From Rhynchobatus australiae (Eukaryota): a stretch of 63,842 nucleotides of DNA. The stretch is from assembly GCA_034780895.1 (NCBI GenBank), contig JAUZTB010000080.1, positions 10,543,168-10,607,009 of the forward strand, in the 5' to 3' direction. Positions 1 through 15,940 of this stretch are shown here, one piece after another. Made by a program: the position numbers and the translations under genes. The notes below the pieces were generated by a model. The model was not told the DNA's origin. It searched no databases and saw only the letters and a program-made list of their open reading frames with translations. The first letter of the stretch is position 1; each line of letters starts with the position of its first letter.

Positions 1-182
1 GGGTGCTCCGGTTTCCTCCCACATTCCAAAGATGTACGGGTTAGGAAGTTGCGGGCGTGCTATGTTGGCGCCGGAAGTGTGGCGACACTTGCGGGCTGCC
101 CTCAGAACACTCTATGCAGAAGATGCATTTCACTGTGTGTTTCGATGTATATGTGACTAATAGAGATCTCTCATCTCCGTCT
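1..182 (+). mobile_element. SINE, 3' part (same family as 3548-3840)
   Basis: gggtgctccggtttcctcccacattccaaaga...catttcactgtg...tgtgactaata, near-identical to 3653-3830. Confidence 0.85.
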
Positions 183-1669
183 CACTATTCAACTGCTACA
201 CTTTGTGAATGCCATACCTGCAGGCCTGGTGCCCTGCAAGTGTGTTTCCTTCAAGTGCATTCTCCAAACTCCATTGATGGCTGCACGCACATCAGCATCC
301 AGGGGCACTTGCAACTGTACCTTCAAGGATAAGCATCAGTGGAGGGAACATTGGCTCCCCAGACTTGGTCGACCTCTGGTGAAGTTTTCATCCTGATTCC
401 AGTGCCTTCACCTGAAGGTCGAGGAGGTGTCACCTGCTCGTCTATCTGCATCCCACAGCCTCTGTGCAGCCCATACCGTGCTCAGACCACCAACTGGTGT
501 AAGAAGAGCTCACCTTGCAGCGCATGCAGGTGAGGTCTGCCACTGGCACTTTATAACAACTGGCTGCTGGAGGATTCCAGGATTCATTCTATCAGTTATG
601 GACCAACTAGAGAAAGGTTTGCCCACCTTGATGCTATGGTGGGATGTGGGCAAGGCTCACATCCACCTCTTCTGTCGGGAGAAAGCAAGAGGGTCAACCA
701 AGAGGCAAGGGTCTGAGATTGAGGCCTTAAGAGGGTGGGGCTTGGATTGGGGTATTGGCTAGGTCAAGTTATTGTGGACCTCCCCTGTGGCAGACAGGCA
801 AGGAGAAGGGCCTACAGCTCAAGGAGCTGCTGACCAAGGACAGCTCCTCTATCCTGGATCTGGAGGGAATTGGTGAGGCTCAGTGGGTTGCCTGTGGAGT
901 TTCTGGAGGGTAACTAAAACAGGCCCTGGTGGGAAGGCTAGTGATGTCCTCCCGTGGGTCAGCAGAGTCACTGTTTTGCTGCCTCAGCATGGGCTAGCTC
1001 CACATCCACCCACCTTGGCACTTCCTGGTCCACATGATCCACCCCGACCAGTCCAATCAAGGCAAAATGGTCTGCGGCCATTTGGCCCACAGGATCTGTG
1101 TTGGCTCCCAGAGCAATTCCATCAGGTAGCCAACTCACCCAACAGTACCTCTTGAGGATGTGGAAGGAAAGCGGAGCAGCCGAGGGGGAATACACAGAGT
1201 GTGCGAACTCCACAGCACCAGATGCCAGGGCGGAACCTTGGACCTGGGAGCCACTGGCACTACCTGCTGCTCCACTGCACCGATCCAGGTTTCAAGTTAG
1301 AATGGGGAGAGAGAGAAAACACAACAGAGAGGGTGTGATTCAAGTGCTCTGAATCCAGCACCATTCTCTGTTGCCCTTTCTCTCCCTTCCCTGTTTGGCT
1401 CTCCTCCAGTTTAACCTGGAAAACCCAAACTGTATTACCTGGAAGTGCTGGAAAGAGCTCCGGCCATCGAGGGTTCCTCAGCTCCCCTCACCACTCCTGT
1501 GTGGCACAAGCCCTCCATAAGGGCAAGTGGAGGAACGACCCTTCACTGGTGGGAGGGCAGCAACACTGAGGGAGTAAACAGAAACCCAGAGATGTCTCCT
1601 GCCACTGAATCAGGCAGCCATGGCAGGACTCCACAACATTGCAGATAGTTTCCAATATTCTCATTGAGT

Positions 1670-1775
1670 AATCCAGCATGGACACAGGCCCTTCGGCCCA
1701 ACTTGTCCATGCCGACCATGGTGCCCACCAAGCTAGTCTCACTTGCCCGCATTTGGCCCATATCGCTCGGGGTCT
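1670..1775 (-). mobile_element. CR1-type LINE 3' tail fragment
   Basis: caggcccttcggcccaac...tttggcccatatc; same family as 11240-11345 and the reverse complement of 31520-31615. Confidence 0.65.
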
Positions 1776-2477
1776 GTAGGTGGAAGTGGGGTTGGGGGGA
1801 ATCATCCATCTCTGCTTTGGGGCTGGATTTCTGAAGTCAGCAACAGCTATTTCCCATCAGCTGGATGCCTGAAAGTGAGGGATCCCAACCTGCTGCCACC
1901 TACAGGCCCAGATCCCTGGAGAAGCCCAGGGAGGACTCCTTCATCATTGACATTGGGAGAGATGGGGCCAGTTGGCACGGCCACACAAGGCACGAGCAGC
2001 AAGCAACTAGAGACCACCTGAACCTGCAGCCTGAACAAGACTGGGTTCCATGTATATTGTCAGCGTGAGATTTCAGCTCCCTTCTATGGATATACAAAGA
2101 TGCTGTTCCAGTTCTGGCTGCACTTCAGACCCACACTCCTGAGCTTTGGGCACCTGATCTGGGGTGGGACTGGTTGACCAAGGGACCTCCTGGGCCTGAC
2201 CATGGTGGCCTTTTAGAGGTCCAGGCAGTGGGGCCATGGAGGGTTCCCCACCTGAGCCGACTGCCTGCCCCCCCCCACCTTCTGAGGATACATTGGTGCC
2301 CAGGTACGTATACCTGGGGAGGGAGCATGCCGTGTCCAGTGGCTCTCTGGAGGCTTTACAGGATCAGTAGGCACCGCAGGGGCTGGAGGGCATCCTGGAC
2401 AAGGAGAGCAATGTTAGAACTTGATATACACTTTGTAAATACTGAACTGAGAATTGTGTAAATATTGTAAACACATT

Positions 2478-2483
2478 AATAAA
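2478..2483 (+). terminator. Candidate polyA signal of an unidentified plus-strand transcript convergent with POLR2F
   Basis: AATAAA after an AT-rich stretch with tgtaaata, followed by a T-rich tract, at the end of a GC-richer unique region. Confidence 0.4.
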
Positions 2484-2783
2484 CCATTTTTTTCTTGGAA
2501 AAGCAGGTTAGATACACAGTAAAGCTCCCTCTACACTAACACTGTGGTCTGAGGTAGCCCCCATTAGCACCTGACCATTGCCTATTCTCCGCCCTATCCA
2601 TTGAGGTTGATCCCTCAGGCACAGATTCCCAACTGTTCTGGTTGAGAAGCATCAACCTCGTCCGACTTCTCTCTCCACGGAAGTCGGCTGAGCTCTTCCA
2701 CCATTTCCGTTCCATCTACAGATTCCAGCACCTGCAGTTTTATTTGTTTTCCAGAAGAATCAATTGCTCAACAGAAATCACTG

Positions 2784-2789
2784 TTTATT
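2784..2789 (-). terminator. POLR2F polyadenylation signal AATAAA
   Basis: tttatt on the + strand, about 85 nt after the stop codon. Confidence 0.7.
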
Positions 2790-2872
2790 TTACAAAAAAA
2801 ATCTGGAATTAAAAAAATAACTACATTTAAATAGAGAAAACATGTGCAAACTAATTGATGGGGCAGCAAAGG

Positions 2873-9411
<6,539 letters not shown>

Positions 9412-9869
9412 GGCTGCTCCGGCGTCCGCGCTCCTTCCTCCGCCGCCGGGGACTGCGGCACTACTTCCGGGTCGGGGTCCCGGCCTTGCCGCTGACGTCA
9501 CCGCGCTCCGTTCTCGACCGTCTTAGAGGGGCGGGGACCAGACGCGGGGATCCGAGTCGCTTCACTCGCGCTCGCTGCTCTCCCCAGAATGTTCCATCCG
9601 CCCTGTGGATCATGACGTCACCACACATCTGGCGGACGGGTGCAGATGTTGGCACCCGGAGCAGCAAAAAAACCGCTGGCGAGGCTCAGTGGGCCGAGCG
9701 GCCTCGGGGGGGGGATGGGTCAGACACCAGAGGGGGAGACGGCAGCCCCTGGGACGGGACCCCTCCACACCTCCCCACCCCCTGCCCCCACCCGGCCATC
9801 CGCCCCCTGCACGGGCTGGGGCTCCGGAGAGGCGAGCGAGAGAACACCAGCCTCGGTGTGTGAGCAAGA

Positions 9870-10300
9870 GGGGTCCCGGGACCCTGGGTGGGGAACTCAG
9901 CCTGAGGTGGGGGGGGGGGGAATGTGGTCCCGCGTCCCTGGGTGGGGAACAGCCCGGGGGTTGTCCCGGGACCCTGGGTGGGGAACTCAGCCCGGGGGGA
10001 GTGGTCCCGGGATCCTGGGTGGGGAACAGCTCGAGTGGGAGGGGTCCCGGGACCCTGGGTGAGGAACTCAGCCCGGGGGGTGTGGTCCCGGGACCCTGGG
10101 TGGGGAACAGCTCCGGGGGGAGTGATCCCGGGACCCTGGGTGGAAGATTCAGCCCGAGGGGGGGGTGGTCCCGGGACCCCTGCACATGGGGACTGGTGGT
10201 CCCAGGACCACCAGGTGTTGTGTCTTGAGCTGGAAACGGTTCGGGGACCCTAAGATGTGGGGTCTGGGCTCTGGTGGTCCCGGGACCCCGCCCCCTGGAG
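9870..10300. repeat. G-rich ~38-50-bp minisatellite with the palindromic core GGTCCCGGGACC
   Basis: Repeated ggtcccgggaccctgggtggggaac(tc)agcccggggg units. Confidence 0.9.
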
Positions 10301-10432
10301 TTGGGACTGAATTCTGGCAGTCCCGGTCCTGTCCTCACGGAACCTGCCCGGGCAAAGCTCAGGCCTGGGGAGCAGCTTGGTGTCGAGAAGCAGACGTTCG
10401 GTTTCCCAACCTCTGTGGTGGGACAGAGTCCT

Positions 10433-10692
10433 GGGGAGGGGTCCGTCCCGAACCGGGAGGTCCGGGGGAGGGGTCCATCCCCGAACCGGGAGATCCGGGG
10501 GAGGGGTCCATCCCGAACCGGGAGGTCCGGGGGAGGGGTCCGTCCCGAACCGGGAGGTCCTGGGGAGGGGTCCATTCCCGAACCGGGAGATCCGGGGGAG
10601 GGGTCCATCCCCGAACCGGGAGATCCGAGGGAGGGGTCCATCCCGAACCGGGAGGTCCGGGGGAGGGGTCCGTCCCGAACCGGGAGGTCCCG
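10433..10692. repeat. 32/33-bp G-rich minisatellite, 8 copies
   Basis: Unit ggggaggggtcc(g/a)tcccgaaccgggag(g/a)tccg; source of several spurious repetitive ORFs. Confidence 0.95.
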
Positions 10693-10821
10693 GGAGCGGT
10701 GTGTCAGTTTCACACCGAAATGAAGTCTCATTTCAAGGTGACATCAGATCCCAAACACACACCACCCCCGTTCGGACTTGTTTTCAATAATATCTTCGCT
10801 GATCCCACTCCTGGTACTCAC

Positions 10822-10858
10822 CATGTCAGCTGCGGGGTAAGACCGGGAGATGTCTGCG
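10822..10858 (-). other. Orphan 37-nt exon-like unit ending in ATG|gtgagt
   Basis: Branch point gCTGAC, tract tctctcttttcag|, donor GACATG|gtgagtac. Confidence 0.5.
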
Positions 10859-11234
10859 CTGAAAAGAGAGATGTGCCGTCAGCGAGAGCGGGCAACCCCG
10901 AGCTGTAGGATGTGGCGGAACTGCTGTGTCCTGAGTCGCGGTGGATCAGCAGCCGAGAACTGTCAGAAGGACCAACCTTGCGAAACATTGCGGGTCAGAT
11001 GACGCGCCGGCCCGCCCCGAGAGACGAGGGCAGGACCCGCGGGTACACCGAGTCCTCCCAGCCGGTTCCTACTCGCGTCCCGCCCCGGGACGGTGCCGGT
11101 CCCCGCGTCCTGCGGCGGAATGTTCCCAAAACAATCGGCAGCCGGAGGAAATCGCAGGACCCAGACTAACGGCACCTGACCGCTCGCCGGTCGCTGTAGA
11201 AGACGGGGCGGAGGGACAGAACAACCCCCGTCTC

Positions 11235-12172
11235 TCACAGAGCCGTACAGCACGGAACCAGGCCCTTCGGCCCTACTCATCCATACCGACCCAAGGTACC
11301 CACCCTGAACTAGTCCCATTTGCCCACTTTTGGCCCATATCCCACTCAAATTTTCATGCTGTTGGGGTTAGATTTTCTAATATAATAAAATCATTACAAC
11401 TTATCAATATCAATTGATTTTTTTTTTGTTTATCGACATGGAGCATTGTGATTTCTGGTGTGATTCAATACAATCTATTTTGTATTTTTTTCCCTTTGTT
11501 TCATGCATTTTGTACTTCTTATTTGAAATTAATAAAAATATTGAAAAAGAAAGAAATTTTCATGCTGTATAACCCCTCCTTATCCATGTACTTGTCCAAA
11601 TGTCTCTTCAATGTTGTTATTGTACCTGCCTCAACCACTTTCTCCTGCAGCTCCTTCCATACACTCACCACCCTCGGTGTGAAGAAGTTGCCCCTCAGGT
11701 CCCTCTCAGCTTAAATCTCTGCCCTCTAAGTTTTCCCTGGGAGAAAGATGGTGTGCGTTCACCCCATCCATACCCCTCATCCTGCCAACATTGTGGTAAA
11801 TCTTTGCACTCTTTCCAGCTCAATGACGTCTTTTGTAGAAAACAGGGTAACCAAGACTGTACACGGTACTCCAGGAGGGTCCTCACCAGCGTGCCATACA
11901 TCTGCAACACGACGTCCCATAACACAATGCCCTGACCAGTGAAGGCCAGTGTGTCAAATGCATTTTTATACCGCCCCATGATGTCATTTTCGGGGAACGA
12001 TGTACTTGTATTCCTTGGTCCCTCTGTTCTACGGCACTCCCCGGGGCTCTTCCGTGGTTTGACTTCCCAAATTGCAACACCTCGCACTTATCCAGATTGA
12101 ACTCCATCTGCCACTCCTTGGCCCACTTGCACAGCTGATCAAGATACCCCTATAATTTTTGATAACTTTCTT
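11235..12172 (-). mobile_element. CR1 LINE 3' portion, with an AT-rich insert at ~11350-11560
   Basis: Minus-strand ORF2 remnants MEFNLDKCEVLQFGKSN and LQMYGTLVRTLLEYRVQSWLP. Confidence 0.85.
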
Positions 12173-12379
12173 NNNNNNNNNNNNNNNNNNNNNNNNNNNN
12201 NNNNNNNNNNNNNNNNNNNNNNNNNNNNNNNNNNNNNNNNNNNNNNNNNNNNNNNNNNNNNNNNNNNNNNNNGGCGGGGCGAGGCTCAGCAGGCCGAGCG
12301 GCCTCGGGGGGGCATCATCTGGGATACCACAGGTACCCACCTGGCCCACTGTGTCCCGCATTCCCTGGCAGGAGTCTAC

Positions 12380-13420
12380 ACTGCTTCAGCCTGCTCTCGT
12401 CCCATTTCTTCCTACCCTGACTATTCTTTTTCCCCTCATCCAGCGTCTTTCCATCCGATCCCCTGCAACACTTTACAATAGGCGTCCAATCCATCTACAT
12501 CCCCACCCTGTACCCATGAACAATGCTCACCTGTATCTGCCCACCGTCGGTGACAGAGCTGTTAACCACATCTGTTCTATTTCCTACAACTGCTCTCACC
12601 CCCTCTCCCACCCAAAGAACAGGGTTCCCTCTATCTTCACCTTCTACCTCATCAGCTTCCATGTTCAACAGAAAATTTGTCACTTTTGCTGAGATGGCAC
12701 ATCGGATACATCTTTTCTCCTGGTTCACCTTTCCATCTCCAACCAATACTCACTCCCCTTCTCACTTCTAAACGGCAGATGCAGCAACAATAGTCCCTAC
12801 CCTTTCATTTCTTCCCACCAACTTGACACCACAGTACTCCAGGGAAACTGATTCACTTCTTCCAATTTAGGGCACTGCATTTGATGCTCACAATCTGGTA
12901 GTCATAAAGCCAGTGATAGACAACACCCAAACAGGCCCTTCGGTCCATCAAGCAAACCCCCTACCCCCAAGATTTTGCAACATTAACATAGGAAAGGCAA
13001 TTTACAGTGACCAATTAACCTACCAATCCACACATTTCTGGAATGTGGGAGGAAACTGGAGCAGCTGGAGGAAACCGGTGCACCTGGAGGAAACCCATGC
13101 AACTTCTACACAGTCAGAACCCAGGACGCTGCCACTGAGAGGCAGTGGCTCCACTAGCTCTGTAATGAACAAACCAAATGCAGATTGGGTGACTATCTTT
13201 GCAGAACACCTCCCTTCAATCCATTAAGATTGACTCCAAGTTTCCACTTGCCTGTCACTTTAATTCTCCATCCCATTCTGACACCAGTCTTTGGCCTCGT
13301 TCACTGTTCCAATGAAGCCCAATGTAACTCAAGGAACAGTATCTCATCTTACAACCAAACATATTACAGCCCTTTGGACACAACAAAGGATTTGAAAATT
13401 AACCAACTTTTCCTGTTTCA
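12380..13420 (+). mobile_element. Penelope-like (GIY-YIG) retroelement relic, interrupted by a SINE
   Basis: Decayed TSSNLxxCIxCSQ and (E)TKCRLGDxFAEHL segments typical of Penelope GIY-YIG endonucleases. Confidence 0.6.
12930..13165 (-). mobile_element. V-SINE-like SINE
   Basis: Reverse complement of the core (tgtgggaggaaactggagca...cacctggaggaaaccca). Confidence 0.75.
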
Positions 13421-15934
13421 GAACCAGCCAAGTTTGATGAAAGTTCATCAACCACCAACATTTAACACTCATTTTTCTTTTGCTGCAGGTATTGTCTCCT
13501 ATGCCTATGTAGGTTTTCCCCACCTTATGAGCACCTGACTTATGTACAGCCTGTACATATAGGCAAGCATTTAGTGACTGGCAGGATGGATTTGCCGGAT
13601 GCTATGGTGCTGCAGGCATCTTCTGTTTCGTGTGAACTGCACTCCCAGCCGCATTTCTGACTTGTGAACTATTTGGGTTGTGAACCCTGTTGTAACCTGG
13701 GGAGGATCTGCAGTCAGAAACTAGTGTTTTGCATTTCAGTTTTCCGCTCCCTTCTCACCACATTCTCCCCAAACAGATCCGTTGCAATTAACAAGCATTC
13801 ACCTCCCTCACACCACCATAGACGTTCCCTTTATCCTCCCCACTCTCTACAATTTAAAAATATTTGATCCTAACTTTTCATAATTAAGATAGTCATGTAA
13901 GTGAAACATCAACTGCCTCTTTCCATAGATACTGCCCGACCTGTTGAGCTATTTTTATTTCAAATATTTATTAGCAAAACATTTCAACTTCACTTCTTGA
14001 TCACACAACATATTCTCCACCCCCTGTAACAACCCCACTGCACTCCCAAGCTTTATGCATTTGCCTCTCCCTTCACTACCGACAGCCATGTCTTGGGGCA
14101 CTGAAACATGCTGGAGAAATTCAAGTTGGGCTGTTAACCACTGATACGAAAACCCTTCCACTTCTAGAGCCCTCTCCTTAAAGGTTGTTCTTTGACCAAG
14201 TCTCTGGTCACATTTCCTATCACTGATTTTCATGGATCCATTTTGTACATTAAAGCTACCATGTAATGACCCACGAAGCCTAAGACTTTACACTGTCACA
14301 AGTATATGCCCCAGTTGTCATGCCCAGGAAAAAGGAACCAGTAGAAACCAAGGTGTCTGCTTTGCAAAGTAATTCAGCTGTTAAGTTCTTCATACACCAC
14401 CATTTGAAGTTACATATGGTAGTTATTACCAAGTTGGGAATGTAATACTTTTAGTTCAATGTCCAATAAGTTTAATTACATAGTATCTGCATATTCAGAT
14501 ACATTTCATCTACCCAGCAGGTAATCACCTTAAATTGAATACTCATCCAGTCCCGTTTCCTTAAGATGATTTGCATCTTTTAGAATGCAGGCTTGTAGTA
14601 CATTCTGTTAAAATCCTGCAAAAACATTTATAGAGAGTTAATAGAATTGAGAAGGATTTCCTGCTCTAACACATAGCTAAGCTGTTTAGAACACAAATAG
14701 ACTGGCCTAACTCTTTGCCACTGAATCCTCAAACTATTGCCTTCAACTTGTTTTAACAATGATTCAGATATGTTCCCAGGCTCATCTTACCTCTGTAAAC
14801 TATTTGATGCAGACTCATGGAATACCGCTTGGCATCACCCAAGTTCTTTGCAAATGCTACATCATCCATGGTCAATTCAATTGCAGAAGGCCGATTGTGG
14901 TGTACTTCTCTGCAGTACAGAGGTTATTTTGCAATTGCTGCCAGATTGTCCCCGGTTGCCAAGAGAGCAGAACTGTGCAAGGTAAAGGCTGGAAAACTAA
15001 TGAGCTGCATTTGAAGATGGTTCATGCTCTATTAAAAGGTCAACTAATATGACTGTTGGATCTCAACTACTGAAGTCTGGTAGTCATTAGTTGCACGGCT
15101 TACCTGGGAGATCTCAAGCAGACACATTGCATTGAACAGTTCCAGATAAACACTGGCCAATACCAAAGAACAGTACTCACCCTTGAACTGCACCAGTTCA
15201 GTGGGGCTATTACCACTCTGTATGCTAGTGATGTTCATGGCCAACAACACAAAGTTAATGGCTGCAAACATTACACTTGAAACCGATCACGATCTTTGCC
15301 TGGCAGTATCCCTTTCCCCACACTTACCTTTTATCCAGAAGCAGTCACCACAGATAGAGTCTGCCTCCTCTCCACCACAATGTCTCTACACCGGAGATTC
15401 TGAATTCAATTGCTCTGGATATAAACTCGATCATGCCTGCCTCACTTTCATGGAGAATTTCCCAATGCTGCCAACTTTGGAAGAGCTGAGGGAACAATAT
15501 CAAAGAAAGATTCACCCCATCCACTTAAAGATTAGGGATGCCAGCTCCAACTAAATCTGCTCCTGGAGATTTCAACAAATGGCTTCTCTTATTCCAACAG
15601 CACCACCCCACTTCCCACCACTGGTCACTCAGGATTTGCCCCGAGGCAAACCTAATCAGAAATCATAGCGGCTCTCCAACAGAAATATTCTTGTCTGCAA
15701 ATCAAACAGCAATTCTTTCTCCCAATTTCAAAATTATAATTAACGTAGGAAGGATTTGAAAGAAAAGCTTCTCATGATGTTTCTGGCAGTAGGGTCCTGG
15801 ACACAAACCTTCAACTCCCGGAGACTCCAGGATTATCCCAGAGGGGCTGACAACCTTAATTGTGGCATGTAATGTAGGTGAAAGAAAACACAGCCAGACA
15901 CCAAATTTAATGCTTAGCAGCCAAACACAACATG

Positions 15935-15940
15935 TTTATT
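15935..15940 (-). terminator. Distal TNRC6B polyadenylation signal AATAAA
   Basis: tttatt on +; downstream on minus is GTGTCTGGCTGTGTTTTCTTTC. Confidence 0.65.

Noticed and set aside
250-312. SIDGCTHISI peptide resembling the Harbinger/HARBI1 IDxTH catalytic motif
   Set aside because: Isolated short match with no downstream DDE_Tnp_4 motifs or terminal inverted repeats visible; would need blastx support
10433-10692. 32/33-bp repeats resembling a CRISPR array
   Set aside because: Head-to-tail units with no unique spacers, no cas genes, vertebrate context
9605-10908. Long Pro/Gly-rich ORFs (373, 247 and 207 aa) on both strands
   Set aside because: They are translations of GC-rich minisatellites that lack stop codons; no domain or splice context
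14737-15759. Plus-strand ORFs of 65-123 aa as a small gene (e.g. C22orf23 or ADSL)
   Set aside because: No recognisable similarity, and the splice signals here point to the minus strand
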